A stretch of DNA of 64,000 nt. It comes from Bryobacterales bacterium (GTDB lineage: Bacteria; Acidobacteriota; Terriglobia; Bryobacterales; UBA6623). A model generated the notes under the pieces. The model ran no database searches, was not told the DNA's origin, and saw only the letters and a list, made by a program, of their open reading frames with translations. The position numbers and the translations under genes are program-made. This document shows, piece after piece, positions 33,653 to 45,091 of this stretch. The DNA lies in contig OY729427.2 in the NCBI GenBank assembly GCA_963422375.2, positions 800,001 to 864,000 of the forward strand, written 5' to 3'. Position 1 is the stretch's first letter. Every line of letters begins with the position of its first letter.

Positions 33653-35086
33653 ATGCTTCGACCCCTCGCACTGGCGACCTCGCTCCTGGTGGCAGCCCTG
33701 CCCGGCCTGTGCTCGCCCAACATCGTCTTCATGATGGCCGACGACCTCGGGTGGAACGACGTCGGCTACCACGGAAGCGACATCCGCACCCCGAACATCG
33801 ACTCAATCGCCGCGCGCGGCATGCAGCTCGACAGGTACTACGCGACGCCCCTCTGCAGTCCCACTCGGGCCGGCTTCCTGACTGGGAGGATTCCCCTCCG
33901 TCTCGGAGTGGACCGCCCCATCGAAATGCAAGGCGGCCTGCCGACCCGCGAGCGGCTGCTGCCGGAAGTGCTGCGGGAGGCCGGCTACCGGACCGCGATC
34001 GCGGGCAAGTGGCATCTCGGCTTGCACCATGTCCGCTACCATCCGCATAACCGGGGGTTCGAGAGCGCCTACGGGCACCTTGGCCCGGCAGTGGACTACT
34101 GGACCCACATCTTCGAGGGCGGTCTCGACTGGCACCGAGACGGCAAGGCCCTCGACGAGGACGGATACTCGACGGAGCTGATCGGCAAGGAAGCCGAGCG
34201 CGTGATCCGGGGTCGCGGCGACGGGAACCCGTTCTTCCTGTACGTCGCCTTCAATGCGCCCCACACCCCGCTGCAGGCACCCGAAGCCGCCGTTGAGCGC
34301 TACGGTGCGCTCCGCAATCCGAATCGACGCGTCTACGCAGCCGTGGTCAGCGAAATGGACCGGGCCGTGGGCGGAATCATCGAAGCGCTGGACGAGGAGG
34401 GCCTGCTCCCAAGCACCTTGGTCGTGTTTGCCAGCGACAACGGAGGAGCCGTTCGCATGGGCGCGGAGAACGCACCCCTCCGAGACGGAAAGGGGGGAGC
34501 CTTCGAGGGCGGGATTCGCGTGCCCGCGCTGGTCTGGATGCCGGACAGAATCGAAGGCGGCGGGACGTTTTCGCAGATGATGACGGTCACTGACTGGCTG
34601 CCGACTCTCGCAGCGGCGGCCGGAATCGAAGGCGGCGCGGACCAAGCGACCGACGGGATCGACATGTGGCCGGCACTCGCGGAAGGCGCGACGGCCGAGC
34701 GAACGGAGCCCTACGTTGTAGGAGTGTTCGGCAATTTCGCCGTGATCGACGGGGACTGGAAGTACGTCAAGGCCGTGCCCCGACGAGGCACCGAGGCGGC
34801 GGAGTATCTCTTCCGGCTCGACCTTGATCCGGAAGAATCCAACGACCTTGCGGCGTCCAGCCCGCAGAGGCTGGAAGCGATGCGGGCGCAGCTGGAAGCC
34901 TTCCCTCGAGCGCAAACCGTGTCTCCTGACGTGACCGGGCCCGGGGGCGGGGCCGGCGGCCCGGGGAGGCGGGGCCGGGCCAAGAGAAAGGCGGCCGGCG
35001 GTCCTCCGATCACGCGGGCGGGCGCGCTGGCGGGCTGGAAGGAGATCAACCGGCGGCCGTGGGTGGAGCTGGCGAGCAGGGACTAG
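33653..35086 (+). CDS. Arylsulfatase (Cys-type, ArsB-like), secreted
   Basis: PNIVFMMADDLGW, CSPTR formylglycine motif, GKWHLG, SDNGG, EGGIRVP; alternative ATG at 33644. Confidence 0.93.
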   Translation: MLRPLALATSLLVAALPGLCSPNIVFMMADDLGWNDVGYHGSDIRTPNIDSIAARGMQLDRYYATPLCSPTRAGFLTGRIPLRLGVDRPIEMQGGLPTRERLLPEVLREAGYRTAIAGKWHLGLHHVRYHPHNRGFESAYGHLGPAVDYWTHIFEGGLDWHRDGKALDEDGYSTELIGKEAERVIRGRGDGNPFFLYVAFNAPHTPLQAPEAAVERYGALRNPNRRVYAAVVSEMDRAVGGIIEALDEEGLLPSTLVVFASDNGGAVRMGAENAPLRDGKGGAFEGGIRVPALVWMPDRIEGGGTFSQMMTVTDWLPTLAAAAGIEGGADQATDGIDMWPALAEGATAERTEPYVVGVFGNFAVIDGDWKYVKAVPRRGTEAAEYLFRLDLDPEESNDLAASSPQRLEAMRAQLEAFPRAQTVSPDVTGPGGGAGGPGRRGRAKRKAAGGPPITRAGALAGWKEINRRPWVELASRD

Positions 35087-35884
35087 CTCGCCCGGCCGAC
35101 GCCGCTTTCCGCGAGCAGCGACGGCAGGTCGCGAACGGAGTCCAGCACCCAGTGCGGGCGGTCTGGGGAGTCGAGATCGGCCGACCGGAACTTCCCCGTG
35201 CGCACGAGCGCGGAGCGAAGGCCTGCCCGCTGCGTGCCCAACGCGTCGGCTCGCAGGTCGTCGCCGACCATCAGCAGATCGCCGGGGGCGACGCCCAGAA
35301 TCTGCGACGCCTGCACGAAGAAATCCCTGGCCGGCTTGCCCAGCACTACCGCACGGCGGCCCGCGGCGCACTCCAAGGCAGCCACGAACGGCGCGACGTC
35401 CGGGTTAGCACTGTCAGGCGACTGCCAGTACCGGGTCATCCCCAGCGCCACCAGCTCGCGCCGCGGGCATTCGTGCAGAAGGCGGAAGGCGCGGTTGAGC
35501 GTCGCGTAGTTCCAGGCCGCGCCGAGATCCCCGATGACCACGTAGGCCAAGTCCGCCGGGGCGGTGGCATCAACGGTCTCCAGTCCGCGGAATTCCTCGC
35601 GCGTCGCATCCGGCACAAACAGCGCGGCGAGGCCGGCTCCGCGGCTCCGGATTCGAGCCGCCGCGGCGACCGGCGGCGTCAGCAAGTCTTCCGTCCCGGC
35701 AGGAATGCCGAACCGGGCCAGCTTCGCAACCAGCGCCCGCCTCGGTCGGCGAGGTCGCGTTCGTGACGAATAGCGACGGGATGCCGGCCTCTCGCACCGC
35801 TGCGACGGCGTCGGCGGCACCCGCAATCGGCTCCTCGCCGTTGTAGATCATGCCGTCCAAGTCGATCAGAACGCCGCGGAGCAT
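35083..35884 (-). pseudogene. HAD-IIA hydrolase with a 1-nt frameshift
   Basis: DLDG, FVTN in one frame; GKP, MVGDD, RTGKF in another. Removing one base at about 35749 (ACC TCG [C] CGA CCG) joins them. Confidence 0.85.
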
Positions 35885-35899
35885 GCCTCACAGTCTACT

Positions 35900-36725
35900 G
35901 GCCGCGTCAACAGTCGTTGCTGAGCTTGCGGACCGGCCGCGCGGACTTGCGATGGCAGGCGTTGCGCTTGGACACGCGCCGCTTACGGCGCACCTCGCCG
36001 CGCGCCCGCACCCGCTTCTTGCGCGTCCTGCCGCCCTTCTTCGGGCGGTCGACGGCACGACTGCCCTCGCGGGTCGCCTTGCGATGCTGCGTATCGCCAA
36101 CGCGTCGGATACGCTCGCCATCGCTGGTTGCGACTTGATCCGCGACGCGCGGGTCGATGCCCGCGACGGACGCGGACGGCGGCAGAGGCAGCTTGCGGAC
36201 GCCGTGGAGCACCATGTCCACGTTGATCCCTGCGTCCGTGCGGGTGATGCGGACGAGCTGCGGCTCGAGGCTCGGCAAGCCGCGCCGCGGCTTGATCTTG
36301 ATCTGAGGCAGGCCCTCGATGCGCGGGACGTACCAGCCGCCGCCGCGCCTCCAGAGCCGTGGCCGGCGCTAGCACTCGATCGTGCGGAACCTGCTAGCGG
36401 GCTTGCACCGCGGGTAGCCCGGCTGCTCGCCGGCCCTGCACCGCCGGAAGAACGCCTTGAATGCCTAGTCCACCCGCGAGAGCGTGGCATCGATCACCTT
36501 CGCGTAGTCACCGCCAAGCATCGCCGGCTCCGCCTTGCGGAGTTCCGGCAGCCGGCTGCGCTGGTCGAAGTACGAGACGTTGCGCTTGGCTTAGTCCCAG
36601 GCCTTCTCGCGCTCCTCCAGCGCCTTGGCGCAAAGCCAGCAGAGCCAGCCCAGCACGGCGCCGATCCGGGCAAAGCAGGATTCCGGCAGTGCCCGCGCTC
36701 TTGGCAGGTGACTGTAGCGACCGCT
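35900..36725 (-). pseudogene. tnpB: TnpB remnant, paralogous to the 23308 copy, 3'-truncated
   Basis: Matches the first copy (ATVTCQERG, AFFRR...PGYPR, GIDPRVADQVATSDGER); stops and frameshifts; ends before the Zn-finger. Confidence 0.85.
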
Positions 36726-36828
36726 GGATTGAGTCAATCACGCCAAGACTTCAGCGTGAACCTGAATCACAGATTTCGTGCGGTGACACCCCTAATTCCG
36801 AACGAACCTGATCCCCCCGAGAAACTGG

Positions 36829-37960
36829 CTTGATTGCCCAGCCGAGGGCGCACGGCCGGGGAGGTGGCAGGTGAGCTGGACGGCCACCCCGCGGGGGCCG
36901 TGGCATCATCCTTGCGACTGGCCGTCATCCGCGGTGGGCGCCTTGGCCTGGCAGTGCCCGCTCCGCTCCGGTTGCCATTTTATTCGAAATTGATTGGTTG
37001 TTTCGAGCAATATGCTAGATGTCTTCGGGCTTCTGGGTCGGAGATCATGAAAATGCTAGGCGAGATCTATTATGCGATTAGTGTTAGTAACGTAGGATAG
37101 AGCTAAGTAACAATTCGTACTTAAGGCTCTTGAAACTCTCCATGTCGAAGAACAAGATCTAGTTCCAGAAGGGTCTCAGCTTGGGCGACTTCCTCGCCGA
37201 CTTCGGGAGCGAGGAGCGGTGCGAGCAGGCCCTGTTCGCCATCCGCCGGCCCGAGGGCCGCGCCCGGTGGCAGCGCAACGGCTGCAAGCGCCAGGTCTCG
37301 CTGCTGGCGGGCGCGATCTTCCAGAGCACCAAGCTGCCGCCGACCACCTGGTTCCTCGCCATGTATCTGCTCTCGGAGACCGGGAACGGCATCTCGGCGC
37401 TCGAACCGGGGCTCCTGCGGGCGTGAACAGCAGCACGGACTGGAGGCTCCAGCACAAGCTCCTGCCGGATCGCGAGGGCGATCGCCTCTTGAAGGGCTTC
37501 GTGCATGTCGGCGGCGAGCGCGGTCGCGGGGCGGAAGGCAAGACCCGGCTGGTGGCGGCGGAGCAGGTGACGGACCAGGACGAGCGGCAGCCGGTGGTGC
37601 TCAAGCCGAGCGTGCTGGAGGGCTTCCGCAAGGAGGAGCTGGAGCGCTGGGCGCGGGAGCACCTGGCGCCGGGCACGACGGTGCAGTCGGACGGGCCGGG
37701 CTGCTTCGCGGGCGTCGAAGCGGCCGGCTGCGAGCACGAGGCCACGGTCACGGACGGGGGCAAGCGCGACTGCGCGCTGCCGCAGCTGCCGTGGGTAAAC
37801 ACGGTGCCGGGCAACGTCAAGCGTTCCATTGACTGGACCTACCACGCGGTCGGGCCGAAGTACGCGGGGCGCTACCTGGCGGACTTCCTGCACCGCCTCA
37901 ACCGGCGCGACGACCTGAAGGCGATCGCGGGCCGGCTGCTGCGGGCGGCCGCCGATGCCG
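36829..37960 (+). pseudogene. IS1595-family (IS1595 subgroup) transposase remnant
   Basis: ATG 37142 MSKNKI*FQKGLSLGDF; GAIFQSTKLPPTTWFLAMYLL; WVNTVPGNVKRSI..TYHA; RYLADF..RLNRR. Putative left end CTTGATTGCCCA at 36829; no right end seen. Confidence 0.8.
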
Positions 37961-38362
37961 TACTCAATGCGGACCGGAGGTCCGTTCTGCGGGCGCTAGG
38001 TCGCGGAGGCAGCGCCCCGGCCCTCGGCGGCGCCCGAGCGCGGAGGGCCGCGCCAGGATCCACGGACGGACCGCCCGGGGGCGGCGCTGCGGGTCGGGCC
38101 CGAATGGGGCCCGTGCGCGGACGACGCCTTGGATTCCACGGGATCCGGCTGGCCGAGCAGCCGCCCGACGAACGGCTAAGGGCTCCTCGCGTGCCCGAGT
38201 GCCGCCCCTCAAGTCGGCCCGTTTGTCTAGATTGTTCGGTCGGATGGGGCTAGTCGGGAAGTACGATGACATTTGACGCGTTCTGTAGAACGCGCGCGGC
38301 CGGCCGTGGCGACCCGGACCCGCTGATACACTGGTCGCTGCGACCTTGGACCGCGCCTGCTG

Positions 38363-40042
38363 ATGCCGCACCCACTGAAACACGCCAGCGCGACGATTAC
38401 CGACGGACGCGACAGGGCCCCCGCCCGGTCGATGTTCAAGGCCATCGGATTCAGCGACGCCGACCTCGCCAAGCCCATCATCGGCATCGCGAACACCTGG
38501 ATCGAGACGATGCCCTGCAACTTCACCCTGCGGGACCTAGCCGTCAAGGTCAAGGAAGGCGTGCGCGCCGCCGGCGGCACGCCGATGGAGTTCAACACGA
38601 TCGCCGTGAGCGACGGGATCACCATGGGCACCGAGGGCATGAAGGGATCCCTAGTAAGTCGCGAGATCATCGCCGACTCGATCGAGCTCGCGGCTCGCAG
38701 CTACATGTTTGACGGGCTGGTCGCTCTGGTCGCCTGCGACAAGACTATTCCGGGCGGCGCCATGGGCCTGGCGCGGGTCAACGTGCCATCGGTCCTGCTG
38801 TACGGCGGCTCGATCCTGCCGGGCCAGGTCAACGGCGTGGACATTACGATCCAGGACGTGTTCGAGGCGGTCGGAGCGCACGCCGCGGGCAAGATCAGCG
38901 ACGAGGAGTTGCTCGCGATTGAGGACAATGCCTGCCCGGGCGCCGGGGCCTGCGGGGGCCAGTACACCGCCAACACCATGGCCACCGCGATGGAAGTCAT
39001 CGGCATCTCGCCCATGGGCACGGCCAGCATCCCGGCCGTCGATCCGCGCAAGGACGATGCCGCGTACCGCGCGGGATTCGTGCTGATGGAGGCGCTCAAG
39101 GCGGACCGCCGCCCGTGCGACATCATGAATCGCAGGGCGTTCGAGAGCGCAGTCGCCAGCGTCGCCGCCACCGGCGGCTCGACCAACGCCGTGCTGCACC
39201 TGCTCGCCCTGGCCAGGGACTGCGGCGTCGATCTCACCATCGACGACTTCGACGCGATCAGCGAGCGCACTCCCCTGCTAGTTGATCTCAAGCCCGGCGG
39301 CAGGTACGTCGCGGCCGACGTCGACAAGGCCGGCGGCATCCAGCTGATCGCCCGGCGCCTGGTCGAGGGCGGCTACGCCGACGGATCGCAGATGACCGTG
39401 ACCGGAGCGTCCCTCGCCGAGGCTAGCGCGACCGCCACCGAGACACCGGGGCAGGACGTGATCCGATCGGTCGGCAACCCGATCAAGCCCACCGGGGGGC
39501 TCGTCATTCTCAAGGGCAACCTCGCGCCCGAGGGGGGCGTCGTCAAGGTCGCCGGATCCGGTCACCTGCGGCACCGGGGCCCGGCAAGAGTCTTCGAGAA
39601 CGAGGAATCGGCCATGCAGGCGGTCACGGGCGGCGCGATCGCCGACGGCGACGTGCTGGTCGTCCGCTACGAGGGCCCGGCGGGCGGGCCCGGCATGCGC
39701 GAAATGCTCGGCGTCACGGCTGCCATCGTCGGGGCCGGGCTCGGAGAGACGGTAGCGCTGCTCACCGACGGGCGCTTCAGCGGCGCGACACGTGGGCTGA
39801 TGGTCGGGCACGTCGCACCGGAAGCCGCCAGGCGCGGGCCGATCGCGGCCGTCCGGGACGGCGACTTCGTGGTGATCGACTGCGCCGAGCGGAGGCTTGA
39901 CCTAGAAGTGCCAGACGAGGAGATCGAGCGCCGCCTGAACGCCCTCGAGCCGCCTCCCGCGCGCTACGCCTCCGGCGTCTTCGCCAAGTACGCGCTGCTC
40001 GTGTCGTCCTCGTCCCGGGGCGCGGTCACGCATCCGGAGTGA
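38363..40042 (+). CDS. ilvD: Dihydroxy-acid dehydratase
   Basis: [51 protein letters not shown]. Confidence 0.97.
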   Translation: MPHPLKHASATITDGRDRAPARSMFKAIGFSDADLAKPIIGIANTWIETMPCNFTLRDLAVKVKEGVRAAGGTPMEFNTIAVSDGITMGTEGMKGSLVSREIIADSIELAARSYMFDGLVALVACDKTIPGGAMGLARVNVPSVLLYGGSILPGQVNGVDITIQDVFEAVGAHAAGKISDEELLAIEDNACPGAGACGGQYTANTMATAMEVIGISPMGTASIPAVDPRKDDAAYRAGFVLMEALKADRRPCDIMNRRAFESAVASVAATGGSTNAVLHLLALARDCGVDLTIDDFDAISERTPLLVDLKPGGRYVAADVDKAGGIQLIARRLVEGGYADGSQMTVTGASLAEASATATETPGQDVIRSVGNPIKPTGGLVILKGNLAPEGGVVKVAGSGHLRHRGPARVFENEESAMQAVTGGAIADGDVLVVRYEGPAGGPGMREMLGVTAAIVGAGLGETVALLTDGRFSGATRGLMVGHVAPEAARRGPIAAVRDGDFVVIDCAERRLDLEVPDEEIERRLNALEPPPARYASGVFAKYALLVSSSSRGAVTHPE

Positions 40043-41366
40043 GCCCGGAAGCGACCGCTCCGTCGTGGCGGTCGAGGATCTCCCGAATCCCGGCGCGGTC
40101 GGGCGCTGCCGTGACCGGCGCGTTGCCGAACGAGGGGCGAATCGGGTCACCTGAAGGCGTCTCCAATCGGCCCGCATGGTAGCGGTAGACGAAGTCCGGG
40201 TCCTTCAGCAGGTGACCGGTCAGGATCCCTACTACGTCGGCCGCGGGCTCGATAACGCCCGCACGCACGAGCTTGCGGATTCCCGCCAAGGTGGCGGCCG
40301 ATGCGGGCTCGCAGCCGATGCCGCAGCGGCCGACGATCGCCTTCGCGTCGGCTATCTCCTGCTCGGTCACGGACTCTACGACACCACCCGCCGATCCGAC
40401 CTCGAATGCGGCCTTCCGCCACGAAACCGGGTCACCGATGCGAATCGCCGTCGCCAGAGTCTCGGGCTCGCGCACCGGGCGCAAGTCCCCGCCGTCCCGG
40501 AACTGCGCAAAGAACGGAGCCGAATTCGCGGCCTGAATCACGGCGATGCGAGGCATGGCGGGGACGATTCCGATCTCGCGCAACTCACGCAGCCCCTTTC
40601 CGAGGGCGCTGACGTTGCCTAGGTTCCCCCCGGGCAGGACGATCCAGTCGGGGACGCGCCAGGCCCGTTGCTCGAGCAGCTCGACACCGATCGACTTCTG
40701 CCCCTCGATCCGGAACGGGTTGATGGAATTCAGCAGGTAGATTCCGAGTTCCTGGGCCAGGTCCCGCACCAAGGCCAGTATGCGGTCGAAATTGGCCTCC
40801 ACCTGAATGGTGAGCGCGCCGTACTCGAGGGCCTGGGCGAGCTTGCCGTAGGCGATCTTGCCGGCAGGTAGGAAGACCGCCGCCTGCATGCCGGCGGCCG
40901 CGGCATACGCGGCCATGGACGCGGACGTGTTGCCCGTAGAGACGCAGGCGACCCGGCGCATGCCGAGAATCGCCGCCTGCGTGACCCCGGCCGTCATGCC
41001 GTTGTCCTTGAAGGATCCGGTCGGATTGTAGCCCTGGTGCTTGAACTGCAGCCGCTCGAGGCCGGCGTGCGAGGCGGCTGCGGGGGCCTCGAATAGGGGC
41101 GTGTTCCCTTCGGGCAGGGAGACGATGCGACCGATGTCGGTCACGAACGGCAGCATCTCGCGGAAGCGCCATACGCCGCTGACGTCGACCCTAGCGAGGC
41201 TGAGCTTGCGCAGCTGCCATGTCGACCGCAGCCGGTCCGGGTCGGCACCAGGGAAGGAGTTGGCGACCTCGAGCAGGCTGCCGCACGCGCCGCAGGTGTA
41301 GACGACCTCGCCAAGTCCGTAGCGCCTGCCGCAGTTCCGGTCGAAGCAGGCCAGCTGGGAGGCCAT
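40026..41366 (-). CDS. thrC: Threonine synthase
   Basis: [55 protein letters not shown]. Confidence 0.95.
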   Translation of the reverse strand: MASQLACFDRNCGRRYGLGEVVYTCGACGSLLEVANSFPGADPDRLRSTWQLRKLSLARVDVSGVWRFREMLPFVTDIGRIVSLPEGNTPLFEAPAAASHAGLERLQFKHQGYNPTGSFKDNGMTAGVTQAAILGMRRVACVSTGNTSASMAAYAAAAGMQAAVFLPAGKIAYGKLAQALEYGALTIQVEANFDRILALVRDLAQELGIYLLNSINPFRIEGQKSIGVELLEQRAWRVPDWIVLPGGNLGNVSALGKGLRELREIGIVPAMPRIAVIQAANSAPFFAQFRDGGDLRPVREPETLATAIRIGDPVSWRKAAFEVGSAGGVVESVTEQEIADAKAIVGRCGIGCEPASAATLAGIRKLVRAGVIEPAADVVGILTGHLLKDPDFVYRYHAGRLETPSGDPIRPSFGNAPVTAAPDRAGIREILDRHDGAVASGLTPDA

Positions 41367-41477
41367 CGCGGGCAAGGCTCATCCTACCAACGAGGCCCAC
41401 GGCCCGATTCCCGTGCGGCGAGCGGCGCGAGCCGGCGACTTGCCCCGATGGCCGTCGCTGCGACAGAATCTTGAGAA

Positions 41478-42842
41478 ATGCCTCGCACCTGCCTCGCCCT
41501 GTCCGTCCTCTCGCTGGCCCTCGCGCCGATGGCGCGGGCCCAGCCGAACATCTTGCTCGTGCTGGCAGACGACCTGAGCTGGGTGGGCACCTCGGTCGCA
41601 ATGGATCCGGACCGGCCCGACTCGAAATCCGACTACCACAGCACGCCCGCGCTGGAACGCCTCGCTCGGGAGGGCATGCGCTTCACGGACGCCTACGCGC
41701 CCCATCCCAACTGCTCGCCGACCCGCCTCGCGATCCAGACCGGAAAGTCCCCGGCGCAGCTCAACATGACGGACATCATCAACCGCAACAGCGGTCCGTT
41801 CTACGAGGGCCTCCCCCTCATCCCGCCGCAGCACAGGAACCATATCCCGCACGAGGAAGTCACGATCGCGGAATTTCTGAAGCAGCACCGACCGGGCTAC
41901 GTGACGGCGCACTTCGGAAAGTGGCACCTCGGCGGGGGCGGCCCGGGCCGGCACGGGTACGACGACCACAGCGGCCCGACCTCCAACCGCGAGGGCGGAT
42001 CCGGCTCCCCCGACCCGAAGCGCACGGTCAGCGTGACGACCCGCGCGGAGGATTTCCTGCGGCACCGCAAGGATGCGGGCGAGCCGTTCTTCCTGCAGGT
42101 CTCCTACTACGCCGTCCACCTCGGGATCCGCGCGTTCGACGAGACGATCCGGGAATTCGAGGCGAAGACCCGGGGCGCGAGGCACAAGCATCCGGGCCAC
42201 GCGGCCATGACTCACGAGCTGGACGAGGGCGTCGGCCGGCTCCTCGACGCCCTCGACCGCTTGGGACTGAATGAGAGCACGTACGTGATCTTCACCTCGG
42301 ACAACGGGTCCTACCATGACCAAGGGCGCAGCGAGGTGTGCAGCAACGCGCCGCTACGGGGCCAGAAGGCGTCCACCTGGGAGGGCGGCATCCGCGTGCC
42401 GCTCATCGTCCGCGGGCCGGGCATCGCAGCCGGGGGCGCCTCCCGGGTCGCGGTGACCGGCACGGACCTCTATCCCACGATCGCCGCGATGGCTCGCATA
42501 CAGGCCGAGCTGCCTCCGTCGATCGAGGGCGGCAGCCTGCTGGACGTGCTCCATGCGGGCGGCTCCGGCAGCGTGCGACGCCGCTTCGACAGTCTCGTCT
42601 GGCATTTCCCCCACTACCAGACGCTGAAGGGCACGACGCCGATGTCTTCGATCCGGGAAGGGAAATGGAAACTGGTGCGGCTGTACGAGACCGGCGCGAC
42701 GCACCTTGTCGACCTGTCCAAGGACCTTGGGGAAACAGAAGACCTGAGCGCCTCCGAGCCGGCCGTCGCGCAGCGTCTCGAGGACCGGCTGGCCAGCTAC
42801 CTCCAGGCGATCAACGCGCCGATGGCGCGACCGCGACAGTGA
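41478..42842 (+). CDS. Sulfatase (Cys-type), secreted
   Basis: Signal peptide; PNILLVLADDL, CSPTR, GKWHLG, SDNG, EGGIRVP, WHFPHY. Confidence 0.93.
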   Translation: MPRTCLALSVLSLALAPMARAQPNILLVLADDLSWVGTSVAMDPDRPDSKSDYHSTPALERLAREGMRFTDAYAPHPNCSPTRLAIQTGKSPAQLNMTDIINRNSGPFYEGLPLIPPQHRNHIPHEEVTIAEFLKQHRPGYVTAHFGKWHLGGGGPGRHGYDDHSGPTSNREGGSGSPDPKRTVSVTTRAEDFLRHRKDAGEPFFLQVSYYAVHLGIRAFDETIREFEAKTRGARHKHPGHAAMTHELDEGVGRLLDALDRLGLNESTYVIFTSDNGSYHDQGRSEVCSNAPLRGQKASTWEGGIRVPLIVRGPGIAAGGASRVAVTGTDLYPTIAAMARIQAELPPSIEGGSLLDVLHAGGSGSVRRRFDSLVWHFPHYQTLKGTTPMSSIREGKWKLVRLYETGATHLVDLSKDLGETEDLSASEPAVAQRLEDRLASYLQAINAPMARPRQ

Positions 42843-45079
42843 CGGTCCGGCCGTCAGGCGGCGGATCGAGGGCCGTGTCCGAGTCGCGTCGTCAGGGAGT
42901 GATAGCCCGGGAGCGTCGCGCCGCGGCCAACGCCGACCGGCCGCCTGGGCAGCGCGTCGCGAACGCGCTGCGCGTGCTGGCGGTGATCGCCTCGCTGGGC
43001 GCGGCCGGCGGCCTAGGTGCTCAGGACTTGGACCTGGTCCTGTACGCGGGCGACCCTTCAAGGCGCACCTTGGCGGACCAGATCGAGGATCCCGAGGAGC
43101 GAGCGGCCTTCGAGACACTGCGGGCGGCCACGGATGCCGCCGAAAAGCGAGCACTGGCCGAGCAGTTTCTGAAGCGCTTCCCCGACTCGTGGTTCGTGAG
43201 CTTCGCGCACTTCTCGGCAGCCATGGCCTGCATCGATCTCGACGACCTGCAGGCCGCGCTCGAGCACGGAGAGCGATCATTGCGGATCCTGCCCGAAAAC
43301 GGAACGCTCCAAGTCGCTCTCGCCAACGTCCGGGTCCACTATGGCCTGCTGGACGACGCGAGGCGCGGCGCGATGGACGCGCTGGAGATGCTCGCAAGAT
43401 TCCAAGGGCCCTCGCACTACGAGGCAGCGGAGTGGGCGCGCACTCGGCGCGAGCTGGAAGCCTCGGCGCACTTCGTGCTGGGCCGGGTGGCGGCTACGAG
43501 GGCGTTCCGGCAGTCCGGAGAGGAAGCGGACGCGGGGCTGTCGTCGGCCAGGGCGTCCCTGCTCGAGTCCCTGCAGCTCAACCCCTCCGATGGCATCGCG
43601 CTGCTGCTGCTTGGCATCGTGGAAGAAGGACTCGGAAACAGGGAGGCGTCGCTGTCGGCCGTCGAGGCAGCCGCGCGGCTGCCGGGTCCGGCGCAGGCCC
43701 GGGCGACGGACAAGCTGCGCGAGGCCTTCCGGCAGCGTCCCGGAGGGGCCGAGACCTTCCAAGACTTCCGGGCGGCGATCCGGCCGCTGCGGCCGACAGG
43801 CAATGGCGACGGACCGGCCGCCCGCGACCGGAACGCCGCCCCGGCCGCGTACGCGGGCAGCGAGAGCTGCCGCGAATGCCACCAGCAGGTCTACGACGCG
43901 TGGAGGGACACGGGCATGGCGCGGATGTTCCGTCCCTACGCCTCCGAGAACGTGATCGGCGACTTCTCGGAGCACGCCGAGTTCCGCGACCCGGCCGGGA
44001 CGCTCCTGAGCCGCATGCTCGTCGATGGCGACCGGCACTTCTTCGAGCTGCCCGCGGACAGCGGCTCGAAGCGGTTCCGCGTGGACTACACGATCGGATC
44101 GAAGTGGCAGCAGGCCTACGCCACGCGCCTTCCGAACGGGCGAATCCACGTGATCCCGATCCAGTACAACGCGCTGCACGGCAGGTGGGTGAACTTCTGG
44201 GAGACGCTCGACGACGGCCCCTCGGAGCGATCGCGCGTGCGGGACTTCCATCGCATGGACGCCGCTACCAGCTACCAAGTCCACTGCTCGCCGTGCCACA
44301 CGAGCCAAGTGCAGGCTGAAGGCAGTCTGGTCATGCCCGAACGCATGACGTTCCGCGAAAGCGGAATCAACTGCGAGATGTGCCACGGGCCGTCGCAGGG
44401 GCATGCGGCCGACATACGCGACGGGCGCACGGCGGCGACCGAGCCGACAGACCCTCCCCTGCGATTCGGGCAGCTCGACCATCGAGATTACGTGGAAGTC
44501 TGCGCGCAGTGCCACATGCAGTCCGCCGTGATCGAACCGGGGCCCCGGGGCGAGATCAACTACACGGGCAGGCAGGCGAAGTTCGTCAACGGGCGCTTGC
44601 AGCGCCCGTACGACAACTACTCCCGGAGCGCCTTCTACAAGGACGGTCGATTCCGCGAGACGACGTTCATTGCCGAGGCCTTCGTCCGGACGCAGTGCTA
44701 CCGGCAGGGCCAAGCCCATTGCGGGCACTGCCATGACCCGCATCCTGCCGACAGCGCCGACAATCCTACGTCTCTGAAGCATCGCGACGATCCGAACCGC
44801 ATGTGCCTGCAATGCCACGCGGCGCCGACCTACGACGTTCCGGCCCACACAAGGCACGCCGCCGGTTCCGAAGCCAGCCGCTGCGGGGCCTGCCACATGC
44901 CGAAGATCATGAACAGCATGATGTTCATGGCGAGCACCCATCGCATCGACGACATACCCGACGCCGCTATGACGGAGCGCTTCGGACCGGCCGAGAGCCC
45001 GAATGCCTGCCTGAGCTGCCACGCGGACAAGCCGGTCCGGTGGCTGGCGCCGGCCCTGGCCGAGTGGCAGGTCCGCTAG
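42839..45079 (+). CDS. TPR-domain multiheme (8 CxxCH) c-type cytochrome; start uncertain
   Basis: CRECH, CSPCH, CEMCH, CAQCH, CGHCH, CLQCH, CGACH, CLSCH; N-terminal hydrophobic segment and TPR-like helices; GTGA overlap with the sulfatase stop. Confidence 0.88.
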   Translation: MTVRPSGGGSRAVSESRRQGVIARERRAAANADRPPGQRVANALRVLAVIASLGAAGGLGAQDLDLVLYAGDPSRRTLADQIEDPEERAAFETLRAATDAAEKRALAEQFLKRFPDSWFVSFAHFSAAMACIDLDDLQAALEHGERSLRILPENGTLQVALANVRVHYGLLDDARRGAMDALEMLARFQGPSHYEAAEWARTRRELEASAHFVLGRVAATRAFRQSGEEADAGLSSARASLLESLQLNPSDGIALLLLGIVEEGLGNREASLSAVEAAARLPGPAQARATDKLREAFRQRPGGAETFQDFRAAIRPLRPTGNGDGPAARDRNAAPAAYAGSESCRECHQQVYDAWRDTGMARMFRPYASENVIGDFSEHAEFRDPAGTLLSRMLVDGDRHFFELPADSGSKRFRVDYTIGSKWQQAYATRLPNGRIHVIPIQYNALHGRWVNFWETLDDGPSERSRVRDFHRMDAATSYQVHCSPCHTSQVQAEGSLVMPERMTFRESGINCEMCHGPSQGHAADIRDGRTAATEPTDPPLRFGQLDHRDYVEVCAQCHMQSAVIEPGPRGEINYTGRQAKFVNGRLQRPYDNYSRSAFYKDGRFRETTFIAEAFVRTQCYRQGQAHCGHCHDPHPADSADNPTSLKHRDDPNRMCLQCHAAPTYDVPAHTRHAAGSEASRCGACHMPKIMNSMMFMASTHRIDDIPDAAMTERFGPAESPNACLSCHADKPVRWLAPALAEWQVR

Positions 45080-45091
45080 CCGGCCGCGCGC

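Noticed and set aside
35740..35760. Programmed ribosomal frameshift in the HAD gene
   Set aside because: No slippery heptamer; a simple 1-nt insertion or sequencing error is more likely
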